Source: Malacoraja senta (Eukaryota). From it: 64,000 nt of DNA. The first letter of the stretch is position 1, and each line of letters begins with the position of its first letter. Of the stretch, positions 23,891 through 36,268 are shown in pieces. Where the stretch lies: contig CM075989.1 of NCBI GenBank assembly GCA_038087875.1, forward strand, positions 22,384,001 to 22,448,000. Reading direction: 5' to 3'. The notes under the pieces were generated by a model. It searched no databases. It was not told the origin of the DNA and was given only the letters and a program-made list of their open reading frames with translations. Position numbers and translations under genes: made by a program.

Positions 23891-24489
23891 ATGGGTCAGG
23901 CAGCATCTCTGGAGAACATGGACAAGCAACGTTTTGGGTTGAGAGTTGAGACCGAGTTGTTTTTTTCCAGAAAATAAACTTTATTCAGAATATAAATATA
24001 TATATAGAACAAGAACGATGCCTAAACTCTTCTGATATTCTCAGTGTGTATAAATTAATTACATCGCACTTTACCAGCTTTACCTTGCACTAAACATGAT
24101 TCCCTTTTCATGTATCTATAAATGGCTCGATTGTAATCATGTATTGCCTTTCCCCAGGCTGGTTAGCTGCAACAAAAGCTTTTCACTGTACCTCGGTGCA
24201 CATGACAATGAGCTGAAGTGAACTCAACTGTTATATTCAGTAGATTTTGCTAACTATTCTTCCACCATGCTCCCTTGCCATTCATGTGGGTCCCTGGCGT
24301 GATGTCCCTTCGCTTGTTTGAGGGGTGCCCCCATCAAACTCTGCCCCTCGATGTCCGGCAGCGGAAGGACCCTAGACTGTGGTTCTCCAGCACTTTGTGT
24401 CTTCGAGCCATTCTTTTGCTCTGGATTCCAGTATCTACAATCTCCTGTTATACAGTCCACGCCACTTCATATTTAACGTAGGCTGGACC

Positions 24490-24920
24490 TCAGTTCATGT
24501 TTATTGTCACATGTACCGTGAAAAGTGAAAAGCTATTGTTGCGTGCTACCCAGCCAGCGGAAAGACAATACATGATTACAATCGAGCCATTCGCCGTGTA
24601 CAGACACATAATAAGGGAATAACGTTTAGTGCAACATAAAGTCCAGTAAAGTCTCATCAAAGATAGTCTGTGTCCCCAGTGAGGTAGATAGTAGTTCAGG
24701 ACTGTTCTCTGGTTGTGGTAGCATGGTTCATTTGCCTGATAGCAGCTGGGAAGAAACTGTCCCTGAATCTGGAGGTGTTTTATTTCATACTTCTATACCT
24801 TTTGCCCGATGAGAGAGGGGAGAAGAGGGAGTGGCCAGGGTGCGACTTGTCCTTGATTATGCTGCTGGCCTTGCCGAGGCAGCGTGAGGTGTAGATGGAG
24901 TCAATTGAAGGGATGACTTC
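24490..24920 (-). mobile_element. Rex1/Babar 3' fragment (a plus-strand tail also lies at ~24060-24230)
   Basis: Homologous to 16450-16975. Confidence 0.88.
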
Positions 24921-25383
24921 CCCATAACCTATTAATTATTATTTACCCACCAACTCCTGCTGCCCTCCTGCACCGGGGAAAGTTTATTGCAGCCAATTAA
25001 CCTAGCAGCATGTGTCTGGGACGTGGGAGGAAAGTAAAGCACCCGGGGAAACCTACGCCCATCAGGAGGTTGCGGTTCGGTCTGGACCAAGTCTGGCAGG
25101 TAATTCATTAACCGGCAGCCACTCCCATGTAGGTTTGGCAGCCACCGCTGGTCGCCAATGCACATTTGTCAAAACTGCCAGGAGTAGTGGGGGAACACAT
25201 CTCTCCATCATGACCGCTCCACCAAGGGGGTCCAACGAGGAGAGAAAGACCACTGATGTCTTTCCATTACAGCGTTTCAACTGCGCACCCAGTTTCTGCC
25301 CTTCCACCTTGCTCGAATAATCCTCTCAAAAACACCCATTCTCGCTGCTTTTCGTCATGCCCTCCTCTTGCTTTGAATTCTTT

Positions 25384-25686
25384 TGTTCAGTTTAGTTTGG
25401 AGATGCAGCCTGGAAACCGGCCCTTCGGCCCACCGAGTCCGCGCCGACCATCGATCCCCCATGCACTAGTTCTGCCCTACACTCTGGGGACAATTTACAG
25501 AAGGCAATTAAAGCTACAAACCTGAACACCTTTGGAATGTGGGAGGAAACCGGAGCACCCGGAGAACCCACAAGGTCACAGGTAAAACACCTACAAACTC
25601 CATACAGACAGCACCCGTAGTTAGGATGGAACCCAGGTCTCTGGCGTTGTGAGGCAGCAACTCTACCGCTGTGTCACTGCGGCACC
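25384..25686 (-). mobile_element. HE1-like V-SINE
   Basis: Reverse complement of full SINE. Confidence 0.9.
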
Positions 25687-25759
25687 CAGTAACGTGTAAA
25701 TTTGATTGTAAAGTGTAAATTTGATGTAAATAATGAAAAGGTTTTGAAGGGTTGTTCAG

Positions 25760-26118
25760 GGTTTGGATACGCTAGAGGCAGGAAACATGTTCCCGATGTT
25801 GGGGGAGTCCAGAACCAGGGGCCACAGTTTAAGAATAAGGAGTAAGCCATTTAGATCGGAGACGAGTAAACACTTTTTCTCCCAGAGAGTGGTGAGTCTG
25901 TGGAATTCTCTGCCTCAGAGGGCGGTGGAGGCAGGTTCTCTGGATGCTTTCAAGAGAGAGCTAGATAGGGCTCTTAAAGATAGCGGAGTCAGGGGATATG
26001 GGGAGAAGGCAGGAACGGGGTACTGATTGGGGATGATCAGCCATGATCACATTGAATGGCGGCGCTGGCTCGAAGGGCCGAATGGCCTACTCCTGCACCT
26101 ATTGTCTATTGTCTATTG
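25760..26118 (+). mobile_element. CR1 3' fragment
   Basis: MFPMLGESRTRGHSLRI..FFSQRVVSLWNSLPQ..GYGEKAGTGY*; (tattgtc)n tail. Confidence 0.93.
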
Positions 26119-27944
26119 AAAGAGAAAGAAGCAGAATCGATGGGTTAGGAGACCTCTATAACACTTTCTCTCCACACTTCTCACTTACACGGTCATTCAG
26201 ACGATCTAACTCATGGGACTGACCAGGCGACCTTACCCTGTCGGACCCAAGAAGCAGCAGGTATTGGGATGAGTGGCAGAGAAATGGCCAAAGAAGCCCG
26301 GCTTAGTAGCCATCACCGAAGATTGCAAGCAAGACTGCAAGACTGACTGCACAGGCAGACTGCAAGATTGCAAGCCATGGTACCCAAACAGTGACAACCA
26401 TGGTTACATGGATTGGCAGGTTTAGAGGGATATGGACCAAATGCAGGCTGGTGGGACAAGTGTAGATGGGACGTGTTGGCTGGTGTGGGCACATTAGGCC
26501 GAAGGGCCCGTTTCCACACTGTAAGACTCTATGACTCAATGGCTAGAGAACATTTCATCAGAGTTTGTACATGGTACTGTATAGCTCAATAGTGAGGACA
26601 GGTGCAGGAAAGAACTGCAGATGCTGGTTTAAACCAAAGATAGACACAAAAAGCTGGAGTAACTCAGTGGGTCAGACAGCATCTCTGGAGAGAAGGAATG
26701 GGTGACTGTTTCCACACTGTAAGACTATAAAAGAGAGCATCAGTAATCCAAGCAAGGAGGAGGGAAACTGAAATCTGAAATCGGATGAAATTGCTTTAAT
26801 ATTCACGTGTATGTTAGCAAGGACAAAACACATTTACTCCAAACAGAACCTAATATTTTTGTGTTAATTTCACAGTTGGAAGCTCGTCGCATAAACCTGC
26901 TAAGCTTTTGCTTTCCGCCATCTCAAACTCGGTTTGGTTTTTGTATGTTTTTAGTTATATAGGAGATCTTACAAATGAGTGATTGTAACATAAAAGCGGT
27001 GAGTCCCTCCATTCTGCAGCTGTGCTGGATCCCCTGCTCCGCTGAAATAAATTTCCAGGGCCATAAACTTTATACAGGAAATCATTAGTGTATCACCCAG
27101 TGCAAGTGCTATGTGGCTCAGAATTGATTACTTTTTTGGCTCGGCATTTTTTCTGTTGGCCTGAGTGGATTGTAATTCATGGCTGTCACCCATCAAGCCT
27201 GCACATCATAACGTTAATATGAATCAGCCTTCAAACAAACTTTTTGGAACTTTTTTTTGTTTGCAAAACTGTGTGGAGTCCAATTCACTTTATATCTTTA
27301 TAACCTTTGGCAACGATGTTTTTTTTATTTTCCGCAACGGCTAATCGACATTGAATAATCTAACCCACACTGCAGTCATCCTGCCTTGTTTAATATGGTA
27401 CAGATGTTTGCATCTATGCATGAACGAAATGATTAATAACCGGGATTTAATTGTCATTTATTTTTTAAGTTTGACTTTTATTTTGGCTTCTCTTCCCAGT
27501 TAACCGTGGTCCCAATTACTGTAAACCCATTGGTGATCTGCTCTGGGGAGGCGAGGTGCAGTCAGGAGTAACAAGATGAATGAGAGGAAATTATCATTGT
27601 AACCTTTTAACACTTTAGTATTTTTAATATAATTTCTCATGTGGTTCCTTCATCATTTTCAGGCAGGTGGGGAGAGAAGAAATAAGTGTGTGCTGAACTA
27701 ACTTGCAGCACCCTGACATAACTGCACTATCACAGTTAAACCCACAGTTCAAATTTAAATAGAGATCATGAATTTCCGACACAGGTTTATGATGTTGGAA
27801 ACAGGGCTTTAAATGCCGATTGTTAAACAAGCTATTAAACATATTCTTTGGGGGACAGGCAGGGCATGTTGTACCAATCAGTCAGAGGGGCCGTGGTTGT
27901 AATTTGGTGCGGAATTTAAACTGGGCTTAGTTTAATTTTTTTTT

Positions 27945-28231
27945 GTTTAGAGATTAGAGATGTAGAGAAACAGGCCCTTCAGCCCATCGAGTCCGTGCCG
28001 ACCAGTGATCCCCGCACATCAACACTATCCTCCACACACTAGGGACAATTTACACTTATACCAAGCCAATTAACCTACAAACCTGTACGTCTTTGGAGTG
28101 TGGGAGGAAACCGGAGATCCCGGAGAAGACCCACGCAGGTCACGGGGAGAACGTACAGACAGCAGTCAGGACTGAACCCGGGTCTCCGACGCTGTAAGGT
28201 AGCAACTCTACTCCTGCACCACCGTGCCGCC
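27945..28231 (-). mobile_element. HE1-like V-SINE
   Basis: Reverse complement of full SINE. Confidence 0.9.
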
Positions 28232-29456
28232 CTATGATGAACAACATCACATCTCGGGTACATGGGAGGTAACTATGCTACCGACTTCAATTATAAACCT
28301 ATATAAACAGGCCATTCGGCCCACTTAATCTCGCTAGCCAACCGTGCTCACTTTCCAATTAAAGTATTTAGCTATCTGCTGTGTCATACACTCATAGAGT
28401 GATGCAGTGTGGAAAGGAAACCCTTTGGCCCAACTTGCCCACGCCAACCAACATGTCCCATCTACACCAGTCCCACCTGCCAGCGTTTGATCCATATCCC
28501 TCTAACCCTGTCTTATTCATGTACCTGTCCAATTGTTTCTTAAACGTTGCGATAGATTCATTTACGGTTGGTAAATGTTAACAAGGTCAGAACCCCTTTG
28601 TTCAGAAACTTGCAGAAACTCCAAGCTAGCTTGCACGTTCATCAGTAATTCACCAGGTAAATTATCTGCAGCTAACTCCGTTTCTTTCTCCACTGATGCT
28701 GCAGCGTGGCCTCTTGAGTATTTCCAACACTCTTTGTTTTCACTTCTGGGTGATAGCATCCACAGTGTTTTGCAGTATTTTATAACGCATTTACACAAGA
28801 ACGAAATAAGTAATAGCCTCGCCATTAATTAACCAAGAATGTTTAAACTATTTCCAAGCCATTGGAAAACACTGTTGACTTTAAACATTCTTAAAATTCA
28901 TATTAACTCAACATCATCTATTAAAGTCCATAATTTTAGTTTTTATTGAATAATTCATTTAGATGAGTACACCAAGGCTTCAGAATTAAGTGGGAATTGA
29001 ATGTATTCTTTTCCCAAGCTTAACCTCCATAAGAATAAGGTAGACCATCTTTTATAAAAGATCATAGACTATAAATGATGACGCAGATGGACAGAAGCTC
29101 AACTAGTTTGTTCTGGAGCCATCTCTTAAATTGCTGCAGTTTAATCCCATTGTTCTGTCCTTCATTTGCATCCTTCTATGTTGTTCCTTTTCCAATATTT
29201 ATCCGAAGCCATTTTAAGTGATGTTTAGAGTTTCTGCTTCAATAGCCATTTGTAGCAAAACATTCAGTGGCACGGATATTCTCAATACACCTGTTGGAAG
29301 ATTATTCGTTCCCGCCAGACTCGTGGTGAACATCTTTAATGTCAGTTGAATTCATCCAAAAGTCACTCAACCATGCTAATGACTGCAAGAAATACATTTT
29401 AAAATGGAGAGCGAAAGCAAATCTTTAATACTCCCAGGAGGAGAAAAATACTTAAT

Positions 29457-29752
29457 GGCACGGTGGCGGAGTGGTAGAGTTACTGCCTTACAGCGCCAGA
29501 GACCTGGGTTTAATCCTGACCATGGGTGCTGTCTGTACGGAGTTTGTACGTTCTCCTCGTGACCGTGTGGGTTTTCTCCAGGTGTTCCAGTTTCCTCCCA
29601 CAATCCAAAGACGTACAGGTTTGTAAGTTAATTGGCTTGGTAAAATGTTAAAATTGTCTCTAGTATAGGTAGGATAGTGTTAGTGTGTGGGGATCGCTGG
29701 TCGGCATGGACTCGGTGGGCCGAAGGGCCTGTTTCCGCATTTGTATCTCTAA
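29457..29752 (+). mobile_element. HE1-like V-SINE
   Basis: Head, V-domain, tail. Confidence 0.9.
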
Positions 29753-30600
29753 ATTATACGAAACTTCGATATACGTAAATAATTTAAATGGTATTTTCAC
29801 ATATCTAAATTAGGTACAGTAAATAATTCTGGCAATTGCAAGCAGTAGATGATGTAATAAATCAGCATAGAGCCATGCAGCATGGAATCAGAACCTTCAC
29901 CTCTCCAAGTCCACACCAACCATAAAGCACTGTGTGTACTGATCCTAGTCCAGTCCCAATTTTTTCAACCTATTAACTCCCCCAGCTCACATACAGACGA
30001 GGAGCAATTTACAGTGGCCAATTAACTGGCCAACTTGCACGATTCCGATCTTGGTAATGCAGGAAGAAACCATTCCACTGATGGAAACTGGAGACAAGAG
30101 GCAGATGGATCAGCCTGAAGTAGTGTCCCGACCCCAAATGTCATCTGTCCATTTCTCACCACAGAGTCTGCCTGGCCCGCTGAGTTCCTCCGGCACTTTG
30201 TTTTTTTGCCTGAAGGAAAGGGATATAATTACAAGTGAACTCCACACAGACATCACTGGAGCTGTGATGCAGATGTTCTACAATGTGCCATCCCATTTAG
30301 ATTATTATAGATCCTGGTTAGTTGGAAAAGAAAATACGTTCAATTATATAAAGATCTGGTTGTGAGAATAGAAGCATTCTTCCATTTGTTTTTTAAATAT
30401 CTAGTCTTCAACAGTCTAGTTCCAAGGAAATCAATATGCCTTTCTCCTTTTTCAAGTAGAGTTATTAGAGGAATGCTTCTTCTTCTATTTGCTACATCGT
30501 AGAACATAGAAGAGTAAAGGAACAGGCCCACCTCCCCACTGTGTCACAATGTAAAGTTAGACTCCTCTGCCTGCACGTGATCCCTAGCTCTTCATTTCCA

Positions 30601-30807
30601 AAAATAGACACAAAATGCTGGAGTAATTCAGCGGGACAGGCAGCATCTCTGGAGAGAAGGAATGGGTGAGGTTTGGTCTCAAGAAGGGTCTCGAAACGAA
30701 ACATCACCAATTCCTTCTCTCCAAAGATGCTGCCTGTCCCGCTGAGTTACTCCGGCACTCAGTGTCTATCTTCATTATAAACCAGCATCTGCAGTTCCTT
30801 CCTACAC
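30601..30807. mobile_element. PLE pseudo-LTR inverted pair
   Basis: atagacacaaaatgctggagtaa..ttactccggcactcagtgtctat arms. Confidence 0.85.
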
Positions 30808-31150
30808 ATTCCTCCAAATCCATGTGCCTATCTAAAACCCTCTTAAACGCCAACATTTTATCTGCTTCCACTGTGGTTACAGGAATGAAGAATATTTGGT
30901 GAAAACTCTTCAATATAATTCTAATATAACTAGCATTGTTGTGCAAATTGGGGGAGCACAGAATTCTTCAGCGTGGTGGATCAGGTGCCAATAAAGCAAG
31001 TAACATTTTCCAACAGGACATCAAACATCTTGTGTGGGATTTGCTTAAATTATAAAAGGTGCCACATTCTTTCCCCAAGACACGATTATGATTCTATTCC
31101 AGACCTATTTTGTTATTTGAACCTGAATACATTTGTTCTATTTCCTCCGT

Positions 31151-31452
31151 AGATAGACACAAAATGCTGGAGTATCTCAGCGGGTCAGGGGGCATCTCTA
31201 GAGAAAAGGAATAGGTGATGTCTTGGGTCTCGACCCGTCTTCCGATCGAGAAGGGTCTCGACCCGAAACGTCACCAATTCCTTTTCTCCAGAGATGCTGC
31301 CTGGCCCGCTCAGTTATTCCAGCATTTTGTGTCTATCTTCTATTTAAACCAGCATCTGCAGTTCTTTCCTACACTTGCTGCCTGGCCCGCTGAGTTACTC
31401 CAGCTCTTTGTCTCTATCTTCGGTGTAAACTAGCATCTGCAGTTCCTTCCTG
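31151..31452. mobile_element. PLE pseudo-LTR inverted pair with tandem duplication of the 3' half
   Basis: Arms 31151-31220 and 31250-31373; 31376-31452 repeats the 3' part. Confidence 0.85.
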
Positions 31453-32364
31453 CTTATTTTCTCCAATTTCTTATTTCCCTGCCCTATTGATAAAATATAA
31501 GAGACGGTGAATGACATGATAGTCATCTAATGCCTTGTGGGGCTGTATACTGATTCTATAAAAGGAATTTGAGAAATCCCAATCTTTTGTCACAACATTT
31601 TACAAGTCCGCAAACTCACAGTTAATTCAATAGAAGTTGTTTAATGTTTTGAGATTTTACTAGTATTGATTTCCATTTCCACAAGGAGTCAAATATCAGG
31701 AAAGAATTGATAAGGGATAACATATCACATGCAGTAGATTAAGACATGCTTCCTGTCCATGGAGACCAGTGTCCTTTAAATAGTTCCTTGGCCAGTTGTC
31801 CTGTCACTTTCAATAACACCCGATCAAGATCGAAGAGCTCCTGTTACATGGTGAAAGAAGTAACAGTAATTGAGAAACAGCCTTAAGTTTCAGTCCAATA
31901 CCAGAATTTTCTATAGATCTGAAGCTTAATTCCTTTCAAGCGCTTATCAGTATACCACCTTTGAAGAACGTTTGGTGAAAGCTCTTCAATATAATGTTTT
32001 ACTCGTGGTACAAACAGCATCATCCATTGTATTATAACTTTAATCCTTGTAGAATCATTCGATATTAATTTCATGATTTGTACATATTCATATTTGATAG
32101 ACACAAAGTGCTGGAGTAACTCAGCGGGTCAGGCAGTATTATACCCGTCCCGCTGAGTTATTCCAGCACCTTGTGTCTATCTTCGGTGTAAACCAGCATC
32201 CAACACATCATTCTTATTTGCTTTTTCTCCATATTAACTTTTGAATCAATTTTTTATTACTTTGAAGAACCGTTGTACTTTTTAAAGTTTCCTTGACAGT
32301 GTTTATGGAACTTTTCCTGTCATGAATTAAAATTCACAAAATAAATGTGTGCATATGGAACATT

Positions 32365-32655
32365 TTAGTTGAGTTAAGTTTCGACATTCAGTGTCAAAAC
32401 GGGCCCTACTCCCCAACGAGTCCATGCCGACCAATGATTGCCCATACACTAGTTCTATCCAACACACTAGGGACAATGTACAGAAGCCAATTACCCTACA
32501 AACCAGCACGTCTTTGGAATGTGGAAGGAAACCGGAGCACCCGGACAAGACCCACGCAGGTCACGGGGAGAACGTACAAACTCCATACAGGCAACACCCG
32601 CCATCAGGATCAAACCTGGGTCTCTGACACTGTAAGGCAGCAACTCTGACACTGT
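32365..32655 (-). mobile_element. HE1-like V-SINE
   Basis: Reverse complement V-domain and head. Confidence 0.88.
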
Positions 32656-32724
32656 TGCATGGCCTTGATGTTGACATTGTTACATTGCAAGCAGATAACT
32701 CACATTCAAGACTTACAGTCGATT

Positions 32725-32945
32725 TTTAGTTTAGTTTAGTTTATTGCCACCGAGGTACAGTGAAAAGCTTTTGTTGCGTGCTAACCAGTCAGCGGGAAGA
32801 CAATACATGATTACAGTCGATCCATTTACAGTGTATAGATACGTGATAAGCGAATGACGTTTAGTGCAAGGTAAAGCCAGTAATGTCCGATCAAGGATAG
32901 TCACGAAAGAGGTAGATAGTAGTTCAGCACTGCTCTCTAGTTGAG
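32725..32945 (-). mobile_element. Rex1/Babar 3' tail
   Basis: Same tail as 16450-16680. Confidence 0.85.
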
Positions 32946-33159
32946 GTATTAAGGCATTTGTGTTATAGGTTAGTCTGGCATGCACTGTTTTGGGAGATTT
33001 ATACTTAATGAGTATTACTTTGTGAATTGAACAAGGGGTAGAGAGAGGTTGGGAACATTGTGATTACATCAATTACATGCTCATGATATGAGTCACATTG
33101 TACAGAATTTGTGGATCTCTTAGAGAGCCATTAGTGAGGATGTGGGGGAGGGGGGTGGA

Positions 33160-33383
33160 ATTAGAGTTGCTGCCGTACAGCGTCAGGAACCCGGGTTCGA
33201 TCCTGACTACGGGTGTTGCATGCATGGAGTTTGTACGTTCTCCCCGTGACCAGTAATTGGCTTCTGTAAATTATCCCTAGTGCGTTGGATAAAACTAGTG
33301 TATGGGTAATTGTTGGTCGGCATGGACCCGGTTGGCCGTAGGGTCCGTTTTGACACTGAATGTCTAAACTTAACTAAACTAAA
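33160..33383 (+). mobile_element. HE1-like V-SINE (internal deletion)
   Basis: B box ggttcgatcc, tail (ctaaa)n. Confidence 0.85.
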
Positions 33384-33605
33384 ATGTTCAATTCGCAGAT
33401 CATCCTGGGGTAATGGAACATGTTTCCTTTGACCCTGAGAACTCGGACCCATAGAGGCGGGGGGGGGGGGGGGGAGAGGTCAGCCTAACAGAGCACAGTA
33501 TACACCAGTCACTCAGCATTGCCCAACTCCTTGTCAAGACAGTTATCATTTACTTTGGTGAGATACCAACGTCTTAAAATTGGTATTTCTGATAATGGTG
33601 ATGTA

Positions 33606-33915
33606 AGATAGACACAAAAAGCTGGAGTAGCAAGACAAGCAGCTACTCTGGAGAAATCGGAAAAGGTGACATCTCGGGTCGAGACCCTTCTTCAGGCTGA
33701 GAGTCAAAAGAAATGGAAACAAGAGATATGGACGGTGATGTATATAGAGATAGAGAACAAATAAATGCAAAAAATAACAATGATAAAGGAAACAGGCCAT
33801 TGTTAGCTGTGGGCTAGATGAAAACCAGTTACAGACAATGAAACTCACCAGGACAACAGTGAAACTGGTACAACAACTGGGGCGGGGGTGGGAGGGGCGG
33901 AGTGAGAGGGGATGA
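33606..33915 (-). mobile_element. PLE 3'UTR plus pseudo-LTR
   Basis: Hammerhead-like 33668-33695 (GAGA instead of GAAA); UTR similar to 56020-56110. Confidence 0.75.
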
Positions 33916-34181
33916 AGATACTGGCGCAAATTACTTCCTAATTTTATCATGAACTATTACATTTAACAAGTCAATACAGTAATTTATTTCAATAGCAGCA
34001 TTAATCCATGCTCTTAAAAAACACAGCGACGCCAATATATAGAACACAGAGCAGAAAAGCACAAGAACTGATCATTTATATTTAGGAAAGAACTGCAGAT
34101 GCTGGTTTAAATTGAAGGTAGACACAAAATGTTGGAGTAACTCAGCGGGACAGGCAGCATCTCTGGAGAGAAGGAATGGGT

Positions 34182-34209
34182 GACGTTTCGGGTCAAGACC
34201 CTTCTTCAG
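34182..34209 (-). ncRNA. Minimal hammerhead ribozyme motif (PLE unit 34083-34210)
   Basis: Reverse complement = ctgaaga-a-gggt(cttg)accc-gaaa-cg-tc. Confidence 0.6.
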
Positions 34210-34713
34210 ATTGTTCAGGTTTACGAGGATATTGACAGGACTCAAGGGCCTGAGCTCAAGGGGGAGGTTGGGCAATCTAGGACTTTATTCCTTGTTCAAA
34301 AGTTGATAAATTCCTTGTTCATAAGTTGATATCCTTGTGTTCTTGATTTCCCCCACCCTGGGTAAAAGACCCTGGGCATTCACCCCATCTATTTCCCTCA
34401 TGGTTTTATGCATCTCTGTAAGATCACCCCTCATCCTACTATACTGGCTGTGGAGGCCGTCAATGGGTATTTTTAAGGCAGAGATAGATTCTTGATTAGT
34501 ACGTGTGTCAGGGGTTATGGGGAGAGGGCAGAAGAATGGGGTTGAGAGGGAGAAACAGAACAGCCATGATTGAATGGTGGAGTAGACTCGATGGGCCGAA
34601 TGGCCTAATACTGGTCCTCGAGCTTATCAACTTATGAACGTCCTAGAATGTCCAACTTCTCCCTTGAGCTCAGGCCCTTGAGTCCTGTCAATATCCTCAT
34701 AAATCTGAAGAAT

Positions 34714-34741
34714 CTGAAGAAGGGTCTCGACCCGAAACGTC
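34714..34741 (+). ncRNA. Minimal hammerhead ribozyme motif (PLE unit 34712-34793)
   Basis: Intact core; 3' strand of stem I deleted. Confidence 0.5.
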
Positions 34742-35151
34742 TCTCCAGAGATGCTGCCTGTCCCGCTGAGTTACTCCAGTATTTTGTGTCTATCCTCGTA
34801 AATCCTCTCTGCACTCTTTCCAGCAGAAGTTGTGGACGGACGTGTAAACTCCCATCTCCAGTTCCGACAAGCCTTCTCCAATCTAATTACCATCATTTGA
34901 TCTTCTTTCTCACAATCAGTGGCCATTCAGAACCAGTCTCCAATGTTAATAGCATGACAGCAATGCACTAAGGAGTCTCAGGTTACAAGACAGACCCGTC
35001 ATCCCACCAGCTTCCCTGAACACATGTTCAGCCTGCATGTCCAAAAAATAAGGAGAACTGAGCTGCCAACAAGACAGTGGTGACAAACACTCTTTAGGAT
35101 TAGGTGTTAAATGATGAGGCATTTGCAATCCCTGGTGATTAACTAATCACA

Positions 35152-35385
35152 CTAGAACTGGGTTCGTTCCTGACTACGGGTGCTTGTTTGTACGGAGTTT
35201 GTACGTTCTCCCCGTGACCGCGTGGGTTTTCTCGGAGATCTTGGGTTTCCTCCCGCACTCCGAAGACATACAGGTTTGTAGGTTAATTGACTTGGTATAA
35301 ATGTCAATTGTCCTGCTGGTCGATGCGGACTCGGTGGGCCGAAGGGCCTGTTTCCGCGCTGTATCTGTAAACTAAACAAAACTAA
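35152..35385 (+). mobile_element. HE1-like V-SINE (5' truncated)
   Basis: V-domain and tail. Confidence 0.88.
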
Positions 35386-35545
35386 CTGGCTATGTCCTGC
35401 TACCTCACCAGGAAGTGCAGAAAATGAAGCTTTTAAAGGCTTCTTTCAGAGTTGGGACCAGCAGAATTCACTGCTGTTAAGAACTGTGTGACAAGTGCAC
35501 CCTAACTTCAAACCTAAATATTAAAAGACTTGAAGTTATGCAATT

Positions 35546-35848
35546 TTAGTTTTAATTTTAGACATACAGCATGGAAACAGGCCCTTCAGCCCACCGGGTT
35601 TGGTTCGATCAGCAATCACCCATACTTTAGTTCTATCCTACACACACTGGGGGCAATTTCCAGAGGCCTATTAACCTGCAAACCTGCACATTTGTTTGGA
35701 ATGTGGAAGGAAACCGGAGCACCCGGGGAAAACCCATGTGGTCACAGGGAGAGCGTGCAAACTCCGTATAGAGAGCACTCATAGTCTGGAACGAACAGTG
35801 GTCTCTGGCGCTGCAAGGCAGCAACTCTACCGCTGTGCCAGTGTGCCA
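35546..35848 (-). mobile_element. HE1-like V-SINE
   Basis: Reverse complement of full SINE. Confidence 0.88.
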
Positions 35849-35917
35849 TCCCAGTTGGATATCACTATTGACAAACTTAGAACTGGGAATTTGAATGGGA
35901 ACTCCGGGATTCAGTGC

Positions 35918-36268
35918 ATGGAGGCAGAGCGCCAGAGAACTACATTCTGTCCTGATGTTTGGTGCTGTCTGTGTGGAGATTGAATATTCACCCTCCCAGT
36001 GACCATGTGGGTTTTCACCTGGTGCTCCAGTTTCCACCCACGTCCCAAAGACGTTTGTGTTAGTAGATTAATCAGCTGCTGTAAATTGCCTCTCGTGTCT
36101 AAGTGAGTGTGAAAAGCTGACGTGGATGGGGAGGGTGGGGGGAGAGAATTGATGAGCGTGTAAGGAGAATACAAAATGGGATTTATGTAGGATTGATGTA
36201 AATGGGTGCTTGATGGTCAGTAAGGGCTGACAGAGCCAAACGGCCTCTTTCCCTGCCATATCGCTGTG
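35918..36268 (+). mobile_element. Divergent V-SINE subfamily
   Basis: V-domain (gaccatgtgggttttcacctggtgctccagtttccacccac) with a longer middle segment. Confidence 0.7.
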
